Below are positions 1 to 13,050 of a stretch of DNA of 64,000 bases, in pieces; the first letter of the stretch is position 1; the number at the start of each line of letters is the position of its first letter. Under the pieces are notes generated by a model that was not told the DNA's origin, made no database searches, and saw only the letters and a list, made by a program, of their open reading frames with translations. The stretch covers positions 238,028 through 302,027 of the forward strand of contig CAJFCJ010000046.1 of assembly GCA_904063045.1 (NCBI GenBank), given 5' to 3'. This DNA is from Dimorphilus gyrociliatus. Taxonomy: Eukaryota; Animalia; Annelida. The position numbers and the translations under genes were made by a program.

Positions 1-1128
1 AAGTATTTAACATTTTAAAATTAGATTGCTGGTTCAATAATTAAATTTCCGTTTACTGTTTTGGATGTTGCTTTCCCAAAAAAGAGTTAAAGATTGAAAT
101 GTATAGGTTAAGTACAGAAAAACTCAAAATTCAAATTTCATCTTTTAAAAATTGACACACTGTTTGTCTTGTTGAATTTTTTTCTGTTTTTTCTTCTAAG
201 TTACTAATAAAGATATGAAAATTGTATCTAGACTGCAACTTCATTTTCATCCCAACTGAGTTCCTCAAAATGAATGTTTTACACATTTGACAAATTTGTT
301 AAAATGCCTTTTATAAAGATAGATTAGCTGGTGGGAGCAGATGAAACTGTACCTGGTTGAAATCCTATCCAGTAAGAGTGAAACTGTAGCTGACACAACA
401 CAAATTAAGGGAAATTTTTTAATAAAAGTCATAATTTATTATATTCAATACAAGTCAGTGTGCTGTTAAATGTCAAAAGTTGATACTCCCAAAAAAGACA
501 ATGGCTATCTAATTAGCTTGGAGAAAGCTTTACAACTGCTCTTATAATTAGACAAAACACAAAGAGAATAAATGTTAACAGAGAGCTTTCTTTCTTTTAA
601 TTTAGTACTATCTTGAATGAATTGTCTTTAAAGAGACTCTGATTTCAATTTCCTAAGTAAACTTTCAAGATTAGCAAAAGCCTTTAATTCAGATAAGAAA
701 GTAAGAGTAGGCTTGTCCCAATGACTTTTATTTTCATGTTTAGGATTTAATGAAAATAGCTTTTATAAGTAAAACGCGCTATTACTTTCTGCCATAGTCA
801 GTGCTGTTCCCATTGTTTATGGCTACCTTTATGGAAATATATAAGTGATAAATAAAGAAATTTTTAAACTATCAAATTCAATGAAATTACGCGGTGTTGT
901 AATCAGAATATATTGGAAATGGGTATTTCTAAAACGTAAAATATACTAGCGTCTGTATGCAAGAAAAGAATTGAATTATAATTATTTACTAAAATGAATT
1001 GGTGACTGATTGCCAATTGGAAGGGCGTGACAAATTGGAAAAGACATGAATTGGAGTTAAAAATTTACCTAAAAAGTAGGAAAGATAAAAGAAATATTTA
1101 GCCATTTTCAGTACAGTTTACTTTATGA

Positions 1129-1764
1129 TGTACTGCTCTTGCTGGCAAAATTTATGCGTTTGCAAGTTATAACAATACTGATTCTGCTCGAACCTTTTAA
1201 ACAAATGTTTAAAATAAAATGGTTTATTCGCAATAATAATACTTAAGCAAGTAACAATATGAGAGTTCAATAGCAGAGTAGATAGTTCGTAATAGCAGGC
1301 TGCCAAATTACCAAACTGTCTTCCAATGTTGAGGAGTAGATGGATGGTTCCAGTCGAGGTTGTTTCCAGGTGATCTTCCCAGGTCCTTGGATCCAGATGG
1401 AAGCTCAATGCAGAATGAGAATAGTGAGGATTTATATACTTTGAGGTTTGCCTCTGACATCCAATCATCACTTTACAGTTGCCAAAATGTGTAGTTCATA
1501 TTTATGTTTAGTAACAGGATGTAACAAGGTTGAACATTTAGGAAGGTTAATTGAATTATAACTTGGCGACACCCTAGGCAAGTTAATTAAATTATAACTT
1601 GGCCAAACCTTTATTGATAATTAAAGATGAGCCTTGAAGCTGACTAATAAGACTTATGTTTGGCCAATGTTATAGCATTTTCTTGCATAGGTTTTAAGAT
1701 GTACATGTATAAGTTGCATCAAATAATACAGTTCAACCATGTAAAATATAACCAAAGTTGTACA
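1129..1764 (-). mobile_element. Solo LTR (636 bp) of the Gypsy-like family at 21304/23965
   Basis: TGTAC...GTACA termini; 4-bp TSD ATGA at 1125-1128 and 1765-1768; about 30 substitutions (~95% identity by eye) versus LTR 24602-25236. Confidence 0.93.
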
Positions 1765-1768
1765 ATGA

Positions 1769-2730
1769 TCATCAAACAAAACCTTTTATCAGATGCATAT
1801 AAAAACCTAGATGGATACTCTTGTATGTCGAAACTAACAAATCAAAAATACATTGAAGACAGATTGCTGATAGAGCCAATCCGTACATGTAAGACAGATA
1901 AGAAAGGTCTAGGAGTTGTGATTACAACTGTGTCACCTTCTCTAGAGATCCTTGGGTAAGTCTGTAAAGGTATAGCTTCTGGTTCAGGAGCTGATTGTTG
2001 AGGTTTCCTTTTAGGTATGTACTTTAAAAGTTTTCTCATTCCAATCATTTTTCAATCTGTTTGGTATCCTTTTCAAAATAATATTCCAATTCCAGTAAAA
2101 ATAAGTATTGAGAGTATGACATTGATCATTGTTTTGAATGGTGTCTGTACTTTGTTGTATTGTAATTTCTGCTTCTTTACAACAGCATTCGTCCTCTTCA
2201 ATCATTTATCAATTCACCAAAGTACTGGTTCTAATAGAACCATTTAAGTTCGTCCACAATCAATATCAACAAATGTAATTTTGGTAGAAATTAAACAACA
2301 AAACACCAGTATTTCGTCCAAAGATCATGTATTGAGTAAATGAGTTTCTAGTTCTAAACAAGTAAGTTTACACAGCCAGCTAATGATTAAAGAACTGAAC
2401 TGATAAGCTGCGGAAATGTATTTCCTTTTATACATTTCCAAAAGCTTGGGTTCAATTGGTAAAAGGATTAAGAGGGCGAAATATAGCAGTCTCATAATCC
2501 ACAAGTAACAAAAATATGAAAGACTATTATATCACGCATATAGAATACAATGATGAGATGAAGACCACATGGCCAACATGTGCCACTGCAGCACAGGCCT
2601 GCCCCAGCAGCATTTAGTATTGCCTAAGATGTAACAAATGTGACATCCATCTTTTCTGTGTTCTTTGTTCCTTTGTTAAATGCATAGTGGCTCCATTTAA
2701 TATGGGCAAAGACTCTATTTCCTACGAAAT
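1769..2730. repeat. Degenerate dispersed repeat ('repeat X'), possibly an env-like remnant on the minus strand
   Basis: 2150-2255 and 2575-2730 match 22830-23082 / 23461-23715 and 5591-5704; a minus frame reads KQKLQYNKVQTPFKTMINVILSILIFTGIGILF* (TM-like) followed by a basic tail, with stops. Confidence 0.45.
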
Positions 2731-2850
2731 AATGGAACAAGATTTCATTATAATGGAAAAATTGGATATGGCAATAATTTTGGGATGTGACTCCTTAAGA
2801 AAGTCTGGCGCAATAATTAACTTTGCAATTAAACAAGTTTCGCTATCATT
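2731..2850 (+). pseudogene. Retropepsin (Gypsy aspartic protease) C-terminal fragment
   Basis: EQDFIIMEKLDMAIILGCDSLRKSGAIINFAIKQVSL fits the F-x-V...ILGxDFL...IDF pattern; no DTG motif visible. Confidence 0.55.
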
Positions 2851-2904
2851 TTTTATAAGAAAAGGAGAGCCTGTTAAAACTTTTCTACAAAAAAGACAAA
2901 ATGA

Positions 2905-3276
2905 TCAGACAATAAAATATCATTTAGAGGTGGATTAAATCAGAATGATACGGATAATCCTAGTTTAGAATGTCAAATTGTACAAGATGCTGATAGATTG
3001 GATGCCATTGGAGCAATTGGAATTGCTAGAACGTTTGCATATGGTGGACATCATAATCGTCTTATCTATCATCCGGATATTCAACCTGTTCAATACACAA
3101 CAGTTGAATCTTATAAGAGAAACAACGCTCCTAGCATTAATCATTTCTATGAGAAATTATTACTATTAAAGGATAGAATGAATACGAAACCTGGTAAGGA
3201 TATTGCTCAAGATAGACATCAATATATGCTTCAATTTTTACAACAATTCCACGATGAATGGAATGGGAAAAAGTAA
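2905..3276 (+). pseudogene. 5'-truncated HD-superfamily phosphohydrolase (YpgQ/YedJ, COG1418-type), bacterial-like
   Basis: In-frame ISFRGG...IVQDADRLDAIGAIGIARTFAYGG...HFYEKLLLLKDRMNT...RHQYMLQFLQQFHDEW*; intronless; N-terminal H...HD half missing, with an in-frame stop just upstream. Confidence 0.85.
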
Positions 3277-5090
3277 TACAAGTGGAAAATATCTGAACGA
3301 TAATACAGTACTACTCTGAATGTCAATGTGTTGGTTTCAAAAATAAATAAAAAGGTCATTTGCTATCATACTCTCTTCCATCAATCCATATGTAAAGAGT
3401 AGGAGAAGATAACATTTGCCTATCCATAAGATAAGATAAACCGCACTGCTTCTACTCCAACCTTTAAGCATATGTTTCACTTTTAACTTTAACCGAAATC
3501 AGACACTTAAATGAAAAATAAAATCAAAGTTCAATGTCAGAGTAAATAGTTTGTAGTGGTGGGTTGCCAAACTTTTTCCTGCCACAGAAAGGAAGGCATT
3601 AACTATCCACACTTATAAAATTGGTCTAAAGTTTTAATTAATAAATTAATTAAGTTGTTCAAGTAGAAATATGCTAATTTATTCAAATATTGAAATGATT
3701 TTCTATGAATATTCATTAATTTTATAAACATTCCTTCTTTGTTACATGGGAAAAATCCTTGGAAATCAATCTTCTGTTTTATGTTAGTTGAAGGGAATAC
3801 TTGTAGAAAATGTCTACCTTAGAATGAACTAGTCTTAAGCAAGTTGATGTATTATTTCAAATTGAAAACACTGTTTTTACACATATCTTTCCTCTCATTC
3901 TCTAAACCATAAACAAAATACTGTGTTGAATTTATCCTAAAACTGTTTGTTTGTCAGTATATCTTTGTATTGTCAATATGGGATTTGCAAAAATACTAAC
4001 ATAATTGAATATTGAACAAATTTTCAAGAGAAGCCTTTTTCAACGTTTGTATAACATGCATAACATTTAATAATAATGAACTATCACTCTTCTTCTCCTT
4101 TATTTTTAATGTAAAAACATCATATATTTGAGTAGTTTCAATAATTTCAGGAATAACAACCAATCCTTTCCAATTTATGATACTGAGAACTTGCATTTAT
4201 TTTATATAGAAACAGGTAATTTCAATACAAAAATTGATAAGATAGCAATTGTATTTTTACTTACAAATGCTAAAAGTTTGTTTACAAGTAGCAATAGCAA
4301 ACAAAACTTGAAAACACTACACATTTGTATTCTATTGCGAAAATTGCGATTATAGAAAGGGTTGTAACTGCCAATTAATCATGATACAGTCAGTTTGAAA
4401 AGTATACATACTATATACCATCTTCTGGAAAGAAGAAAATATATCTATAGAAGTCAAGTGTCAGTTGTTTTCAAATATTTAAGTGCATTGACTATAGATG
4501 GAATTTGTTATTTCTTTTTTCAGAAACATATAGCTTTGTCAGTGTTTCTGACAATGTTCCAATTTCCAAGATAGGCCTAGTAACGCTACTCAATTTAAAC
4601 TTTTGTAGGATAGAAATTACTGAAACTACTATCAGGAAAGAAACCGAAAAATGTTGAGTAATCATAAAATTTTACTTTTTTTTTAAAAAGAAACAAAACC
4701 ATTGTTTTCAGTTACACAATTTGTGAAGAGAGAGAGAGAGAAAGAGAAATAATGATTTCCTTTTCTATTTCAGATGACTAATAGGATAAACTGTATATTG
4801 AAAATCAAATTACGTTCACTACATTCACAATTAATTAAACAATAATAATCAAACAAAATCTTAGATTAGTTTGGCGCGGAGAGTATGCGTTTTGAACAAC
4901 TTTTGAACAATTCATAGATTATATAAGGGTAATAATCCCAATTTTGTCAGGGTTAATACTCAACAGTTGGCTGTTGTTAATCTATTCCGATTACTTCAAT
5001 TATACAACAGTTATCCAAAAGATAAAAAAGCCTGGTAGTTTGCCTTAGTAAATTTCTCTGTGAGCAGATGAGTAGAAGTATGTAGATCTT

Positions 5091-5250
5091 GGGGTTGATA
5101 GAAAACGTCCGCAAATGAGAATTTGAAGGGTAGACTTTGGATTTAAATATTGTTAGGAAGAAGAAGACAACTACTAATTTTTACTTAAGAGGGTTTGCTG
5201 TAAGGGTTAGGGTAATGGAAAAGGTTAGGTACATCCAAAGGCTGGGTTAG
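5091..5250 (+). mobile_element. Truncated copy of TTAGGG-bearing MITE family
   Basis: Starts GGGGTTGATAGAAAACGTCCGCAAATGAGA; colinear with the reverse complement of the full copy 56121-56327. Confidence 0.75.
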
Positions 5251-5590
5251 CAACACTAAAAACTACAAAACATTTCCAACTTGAAATAATGATACATTAT
5301 GGATGATAAATTGAACAACAAACTTCCAGTTGTTGAGCAACATTGATTTCTGATCTTTCAAAACTTTTCCAAACTTCAAGGATTTTTCTCTGATTGTTGC
5401 AAATTTTCTTTTCAGATAGAAGCTTTTCAAAGACATTTATCAGATCTGCGTCATGTTTCAACTATTTTACCATTCAGCGAAAATTTTCTCAATACAGCTT
5501 TTACAAAAGGAGAATAGGCACACTAGGTGCCATTATTCATTTTCTGTAAAAACTATATTCACCTTCAAAAATCAAATATGGCTACCAATA

Positions 5591-5704
5591 CATTGTATTA
5601 TAATTGTAGGAATATCTGGTTTGTCACAACAGTATTGGTCATTTGTAATCATTTACCAATTTACCAAAGTACTCAAACAAATAGAACATTTTAAGTTTGT
5701 CCAC
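5591..5704. repeat. Fragment of repeat X
   Basis: CAGTATT..TCATTTA.CAATT..CAAAGTACTCAAACAAATAGAAC shared with 22880-22940 and 2190-2255. Confidence 0.6.
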
Positions 5705-6195
5705 AGATAGTCTTAAGATTTTAATACAAGGCCAAACAATCATAAAGGTTATATAATAAATTAATAATTGATTGCTGTGCAATTACACGAAAGTAGGTCA
5801 AGCCTGCTAACTTTGACAGTTAAATCATGAATCAAAGATTCTTGCTCTTTATGAAAAACTGTAATTTCCATTATTTGCGTGAACAGATCGTAAAGGATTC
5901 AATGATTGAACAAGAATATTATCTTTGATTGAATTGCTGTTTGAAATATTCAAAAGATAAAAGTGACCTTGAACTTTTAATTTAAATCCATATTCATTTT
6001 ACTTAAAAATGATATATGTTTGTAAACATTCAACATAGAAAGATGTAGAGCTTGTAGGGCATTGTATAAAAAAATACACCTGACTATCAACAGATAAGAC
6101 ATTTTCTTTATATTCTCATCCATTTTTGGATAGTGTTAATTATGCTATGATTCGTTTAGATGAATATTTAAATTGAGAAAAAAAAATGACCATAT

Positions 6196-6333
6196 CAATA
6201 TCTGTTGAAAACGGCCAAAGTAGGTAAAAGTGGAGAGAAAGTAAAGAATTGGATTTTGTATAAATAAGCCAAAGGGTTAGAAAATTGGAGAAAGTTACAA
6301 TTGAGCGCGCTGACCGTTTTCAACAATATTCCC
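6196..6333. repeat. Small element bounded by ~22-bp inverted repeats
   Basis: AATATCTGTTGAAAACGGCCA ... TGACCGTTTTCAACAATATT; the GAAAACGGCCA core is shared with the MITE TIR; no TSD seen. Confidence 0.45.
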
Positions 6334-6739
6334 AAAATATCTACAGATTCATAAAATACTACAAATTGTAAACCTTTTATGGCCAGTAGAGCTTCCGGTT
6401 GTGATACATTTGCTGAGTAATTGCTTTTTAAATGACAAATTTCATCTTTTAATGAATAGACAATTGCCCTGCAGAGATAATAAATAGAATAGATGAAATA
6501 TAGTAATTTTGTAGAGCGTCTTTCCTCATTAAGAGGTCTGCTGCTGCCTGTTGAATTCTTTAAATAGCACAACTGCAATATTACTTTATAATCAATCCGT
6601 CTGCAATAATTAATAATACGAGATGAGCAAAAATTTGTCAAAGGCAAGCATTTTTTCATTGTTTTTTTTCTTTCTTTTCAAACAAATTACATTACAATAG
6701 AAGATAATTAAACAGTTTTTTGAAAAGTGTAATTTAAAC

Positions 6740-7900
6740 GAACAACAAATGTTTCTATATTGGAAAATTGTTATTAAAATGCCAAAGAATTGAAAATTTA
6801 CACTTTGGAGGCAATTTCAATATGGGAAATGGATTATTGTGCATTTGCGAAGGTGTTGAATCGTTTGTAAACACTTTGAAAAGAATTCATTTCAATTGTT
6901 GTCATTTAGAAATATGGGAGATGATGGCCTACAGGAGATTTGGGAAGGCGTTAGAAAATCAGTAGCAACTGGTCACCTTTCGACGAAATATGGAATGAAA
7001 ATATGAGCGACGGATTAATAAAACTTTGCAAAGGATTAGAAAAATCATCAAGTAACCTAAGAGAAATCTATATGAGATCATTAAATTTGAATAGGAACAT
7101 ACATATATCTAACAGTAAAAACTGGAAGGCTTGTTGCAGCCGATGTTGTTTTGCAGGATTGTTATTATAGGCCTAATGATTGGGAAAATGCATAATGACT
7201 AGAAAAACTCCTGCTAAAGAATAAATCAAAGATTTCACTGACTGAAACATTAAAAATATAAAACTATTATTGAGATTGGGAAATTGTATTCCAAGTTATT
7301 CATAAGATATCCGTTGATGAGTTTGAGAAATATTACAACAATCAATAAATTGTGATGAATAATACAATCGTTTAAACAAAAATTGATGTTTTGTAGCCGC
7401 TGTAACGCTTATCTCGTTACTCATTGCGTTTCAAAACTGTAAATTTCTCTTCATCTTTTCCTTACTTTGATGAACATGAAACACATAACTTTTTTTTCTT
7501 TTTGATCAACATTTCATCAATTCTTTTTATCAAGATAATTTTTGGCCTATAATCTGTAATGGACTTAGGAAATCAGTAAAAAGTTTAAAAGAAATTGATT
7601 GTTCATATTGTGACTTTATGGATGAAAGTTGTAATAGGCTAACACAACTATTGAGTAAATGTTAAAAAATTGAAAAAGTCAATTTATCTTCCAATTTAAT
7701 TTTAAATGATGAACTATTCCATATATGCAAAGAATTGGAAAAATCATCAAATACATTGAAGGCAATTAGTTTTAGAAACTGTTGTTTTGACAATAAAACT
7801 TTTAAAAAAGTGCAAAAAACTTGAAAGTATTAATCTAAGGGAAAATAATCTCTCTGCTAAAGTTTGTATTGAATTTGAAAATGTATTAAATTCATTAAAA
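6740..7900 (+). pseudogene. Degenerate RNI/NLR-like LRR repeats
   Basis: LLKCQRIENLHFGGNFNMGNGLLCICEGVESFVNTLKRIHFNCCHL and similar units at 7550-7900, with stops and frameshifts. Confidence 0.75.
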
Positions 7901-7910
7901 CAATGCATGA

Positions 7911-7975
7911 TTTAACCCTAACCCTAACCTAGCCCTTGTCACTCCCTAACCTTTTTGATTACCCCTGACCCTTAG
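7911..7975 (-). mobile_element. MITE fragment (TAACCC-rich end)
   Basis: AACCCTAACCCTAACCTAGC..CCTAACCTTTT..ACCCTTAG matches 56158-56218. Confidence 0.55.
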
Positions 7976-8142
7976 AATTAGAAAACTGCAAATTGACAAA
8001 GAATGTTTGTGAAAGGTTTAATAATCTTTTAATTAAATGTCCCTACCTTCAATTTTCAGTTTTCTCAAATTCTCCTAAAGATTTTTGATGTTAGCTGAAA
8101 GGAGAGAGAAAAGAAGATATTTATCATTTCAGATAGTTTTAA

Positions 8143-11100
8143 TCAGTGAAAAATTACCTTAAGGGCAAAAAAATCAATAAATTCAATAATTGTTATGACA
8201 GAAGCGCCTAAAACCAAACCTAAAAATCCACCAATTTCAGAGATGAAAGAGAGAAATGCAAATTTTTCTTGTTGTATTATCTTCTGAAAGCTCATTTCTT
8301 TGTAGAAAACATCAACTTTTGCAAAATTCCTTCTGCTTATAGCCAGTTTATAAAATGTTTCCAAAGAAGGAGAAATGTTAGAATCTTACCTGAAGAAATC
8401 TTTATCAACCTTTGAAATTTTATCAAATTCATTCAAAAAAAGTTGAAGGTCATTGAATTTGTTTAAAACGTCAATAAACGATTGTTGAGAAATGTTAGGA
8501 AAATCAAAATTGTGTGAAATCATTCCATATGTAAATTGTTTTAAACAAGTACTCCAAGTATATCCTGAAAAATTCTGCAATCTTTCTTTTGGACAATTAA
8601 GATTGAGATTATTTTCATTTTTCTTCTTATTAATTATTGAATAAACCTGATTTACATCAGTGTATTGAATATCTGTATTGTCTGGATGTTTGACTGCAAT
8701 TGGCCACATAAATATGAAATCAATATAATTTTCAATAACTGAAAGTTTTCTGGAAACTTTTTCTATTGCATTTTGAAATGTTGACTTTTGTGATTGTATA
8801 TTTTCATAGAAATTCATTAAACTGTTAATATTATCAAGTAAACAACTCAAACTGAAAGAATTTGATAAATTAGCCTTTTTTATTGTGGAATTAAAATGTA
8901 AGTATGATTGAAATTGTTGAGTTTTAGTGAGAACCAAATGATGAATATCATAAAATGGTCTTATTGATTTATGAAATTCTCCTAATTCAAAAGAAATGTC
9001 TTCTGAAAGAATTAAAAGTTCCCTTATTCTATTATCGATCTCAATGAATATTCTTTTGTTAAGGAGACAGTAGGAATCATCAAAGTAATTAATTTGATAT
9101 AAACTCTCCTCCATGCTTAATAATGCTTTAACAGCAATATTGATCTTTGTTCCAATATTAGCATAACTATCATTTTGAAATACAGTTGGAAATGTCATTG
9201 AATTTTCCATAAATGCTAGACTATCATAGAATGGATGACATATTGTATTGAATGGTATTTTTGGATTACTTATATTCAAACCAAATATTCTTTCTATTTC
9301 TTCAATATGCATTTTCTCTAAAGTTTCTGCTTGGATTATGCTACTCAGTTGATCTTGAAAATCTTTTAAAGCTACACTCCAAAAGAGGCGAAAGTCTTTC
9401 AAATGTATTTTATATTTAGAAAATTTAAAATGTTTCATAAATCTACTGCAATCCATAATAAACAAACTTTCATTCATTTTGTGTAGATCTTTTATACAGT
9501 TTTCCAGATTGGTCAGCATCTCTTCCTTCTCTATTGAAACTGGTCCAAATAGGCCTGTTCTATATTGATAAATCTTATTTGATTTAATACGTAGTTGTTG
9601 TCTGATATGTCTCATTGGATAAGAATCAAAAGACTCGGCCATTGTTCCAAAGTTTATCATAATTTTATATAAATCAAAGAAAATGGCCCTAAACAATGCA
9701 ATATCTTCTTGATCAGTTAAAAACTGTCTAAAAGGACCATCGAGTCGTTGCAAGACAAAATATATTTTTGTTGTAAATGGAGAGATTATTGCAGTATTTT
9801 TTTCAAAATTACTTTTAACCCTTCTTTCTTTAATTTCTAAAATTTTTGAAAATTTTTGTTTTAAATCATTCATTCCAGTTGAATTTCCGTTTAATAGCTT
9901 ATTGGCTGCAAATTCTGATATTGATGAAAATGAGAGATTAGGTTCATAAATAATTTGTGAACAAGGAACAGAACATGAACAATGTATATTTTTGTCATTT
10001 TGTACTTTTTCCAATGATGCTCTTACACATCCATATGTCTCTGATAAATTACAATACCTTTTATCATTTTTTATAGCCCTTCCTAGGATGAGAATCGCTT
10101 CGAATGGAATACAGTGGCACATATCCGCTACCCAGCTTAACCGACAGTAATCTATACATTCGGCGTGCGATTTATATTCCGATTTCACACATTCTCCGTA
10201 TGGATTACTGAGCTTATAAGATTCAATTCGCTTTATTCCAACAAGTGTATGCATTCCAGGCGCAATTGCGAATCCCAAGTCCGCTATAAGCGGCTTTTTG
10301 TAATCGTCGTGTAAGACTATTTTTACACCAGCATTGTTAAAGGGTCCAGGCATGTGTTCGTATTGCTCAATGTTGAATAGAAAAGAGAGGGCATTAGCCA
10401 TGCCAGATTCACCAATGCTTATGCCTTTGGTTTCATTCAGAGCAGATGGAGAATTGAATGTATAACATACTCCATACTCGGTAATAGTTCTTGAAATGTA
10501 TTCAGATTTACATGGTTTATTTGCCCATTGACAATCAAATATAAAATTAGATTGTCTATGCGCTGTGTAATTGAAGACAAATTCTGTGTCATATATAAGA
10601 TTTCCAGGCAAGTTTGCATCATAGATTGATGTATTTTCATTAGAGTCAGAGTTGTAAATGTTGCTAATATATTCATATAAACCCAATTCAACAGTACTAC
10701 TCATCCTTTTTATAGAAATAAATTATTTAATTAGTATCTCATTATAATATTAGATAAGGAACCTTATGAATATTTGATTGAATAGTTACTGTAGCATTTC
10801 TAACTTTATATAAAACACTAAACTATGAAAAGTATGAAATAATGTATTATTCAAAGCGTATTGGCTAAGCAGACTTCTAGATTTACCTGAATTTATTTTG
10901 GTTGCAGACAGTAACTGATGGAAATCCCAGACTTTTTGAGTATATCACTTCAACATTTACTGTTACATCTTTCTTGTTATAGTCCATTCCTCTTCTTACA
11001 ACTTGATAACAGAATAGAAAAATTGCTCCAAAAACAATAAATACCCATCCAATACGCCTAAATAATGATGTTTCTTTGGCAAAGATATTCTTTACACCAT

Positions 11101-11197
11101 GAAATGTTGTTTCTTTAGAGAAATCTGTCCAATTTTTCTCTCGTTTTCTCTTCATAGCCGAGTTTTTTGACGTTGGTTGTTCGCTCTGAAAGTCCAT
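8143..11197 (-). CDS. DEG/ENaC (amiloride-sensitive sodium channel) family subunit, 3 exons, 938 aa
   Basis: Exons 11197-10887, 10705-8390, 8332-8143 joined by GT-AG introns give 2817 nt in frame; pre-TM1 TTFHG, FPSVTVCNQN, GVCYTFN, Cys-rich thumb, TM2 GGFLGLVLGASVITIIEF. Confidence 0.95.
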
Positions 11198-11649
11198 AGA
11201 TTGCCACAAAATTTAAACGTTTACTGAACGCTAAAGATGTATTCTAAATAATAACTTATTTAAATATTTATACTAAAATAACACACTCTCTTTTCAGAAG
11301 GAAATGCTAGTGCATTTGCTGACATCATGCTATTTAAATAATTCATCAGGTGCACTTTGGATCGAGAGAATTACCTGTTGGCAGAAAAAGCATGGAGAGA
11401 TTGAATATCCTTCATTTCTATTGTTTTCAAGACGTCTTCAGGAATGACAATGACTGACTTATACTGCAAAGTTGAACTTTTTCCCCATATGGACATTATC
11501 TATGCTACATAGATAACTTTTGCATATATATGCTAATGGAGATCATTATTGTTACCTTGGTGACTATGGAAATTCTTGTAAATTCTCGATTACGTAATGA
11601 AGATGAGAGATATTTTAAGTTGTCCATTTAAAATTTCCATCATAAGCGA

Positions 11650-12357
11650 ATGATGTCCATCTTCAATTCAGATAAAACGATACTTAGTTGCGACGGAAGG
11701 ATTATTAATCAAGATAATATTTGCGATCATAAGATTGATTGTCGTCATAAATCAGATGAGAATTACGCAATATGTAAAGAAACATTCAAAACGAGAAATC
11801 TATCATTGAAATTACCAAATTACAATCAAATATTTTTCAAATAAAACTATCGCTATTTGGTGAAATATTTCAAATATCAAATATGGATTATTCAATTGAT
11901 TTAATTTCAATTATCATTCAAACAAATGATATTCGAGTGTTCAACTTTCAAAAATATCCCAATTTAATAATTGCAATATTAAAAAATGTTAATCTTGGGA
12001 AAATTGATGGAAACGACGCTCAGCATTGGAGATCTTCTCTTCTCAATTTATATTCTTATCATTGTACTAGCGGATATTTACTATGGTAACGACTACGTTA
12101 ATTATGACGAAGTATGGAGAAACAGCACTAGTTGCCAAGCAATAGGCGTGATTGCACTATTCTCAATTTGTTTGTCATCAATGAGCATCCTTCTGCTGAC
12201 TATTGAGAGAACTGATATAATTTTAAATCATGGTATTCAATCAGCATTTTTCAGGAAGAAAATCTTTGAACACTTTTCAATTGTATTATCTTCATTATGC
12301 ATGGCAATCACACCAAAGATTTTCATTCGAAATGTCGAGAATTCAATAGTAGCATAA
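11650..12357 (+). pseudogene. Fragmentary LDLa + 7TM (GRL101/RXFP-like) receptor
   Basis: LDLa CDHKIDCRHKSDEN; TM2-TM3 LSIGDLLFSIYILIIVLADIYY...WRNSTSC...LLTIER; frameshifts, LRR block almost absent. Confidence 0.75.
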
Positions 12358-13050
12358 GTAGTAGTCGAAAAACATTTAGAATAGTGCTTTACACACAAAC
12401 ATTGGTGAGATACTGTTCAGAGGATATTTGAATTTCACAACAAAGACTCACTAAGCAATAAACTCTAAATATTAGTGTGATTGTGATCTTTACCAGAACA
12501 TATTAATTTGCAGTAGGATAGTGTTTTAGATGGTTTTTGCTCAATGTGTTCAACAATTGACAAATTGTCCTGCATACTGCTCCAGAGAATGAAAATATCA
12601 TAGAAGTTGATCATTAAGAAGAGTGCACGACAACTGAAATCTTACAATAAGATAGTATTAGTGTAGTTGATGCCCAAAATCAAATATAGTTCTTTACTGT
12701 TTACTCTGTAATTGTTTATATTTCCTTCAATACTGAAAATCGGTGGAAAGAAGCCATGGGATTTGATTGGAAAAAAATATTCATGGTTTTATGGGTATGC
12801 ATCCTTGAACATGTGATGATAAGGCTGATAAAATGGGACATTATTTTTTGCACTTAATATTTGGATTTCTAGGATTGTAAATGAAATAGTTGTCAGAGGA
12901 TACAGTTAAAATTTAAGCCTATTTAGGGTGAAAATTTTTTTTGAAAGTGGAGAATTTTTACAAAATATTCATTCTTTAATAGTAAAGGAAGGACTCGGAT
13001 TAAAGTTAGATTCAACTTCACAAAGTTCAAAAATACCTGGACCAAAATGC

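Noticed and set aside
480-830. Partly open minus-strand frame (MGTALTMAES...)
   Set aside because: Several stops and no recognisable family
1118-1959. ORFs 1118-1471 (-) and 1660-1959 (+), and their equivalents at 21226 and 25132
   Set aside because: They lie within or across the LTR and have no protein motif; chance ORFs
3840-4250. Possible NACHT-associated helical remnant (also 56900-57700)
   Set aside because: No Walker A/B or other diagnostic motif; too degenerate to call without a profile search
6195-6659. 154-aa minus ORF
   Set aside because: No motif; runs through a small inverted-repeat element
7914-7930. TAACCC runs as a telomere or interstitial telomeric array
   Set aside because: Only 2-3 units, and all such runs map inside the MITE family
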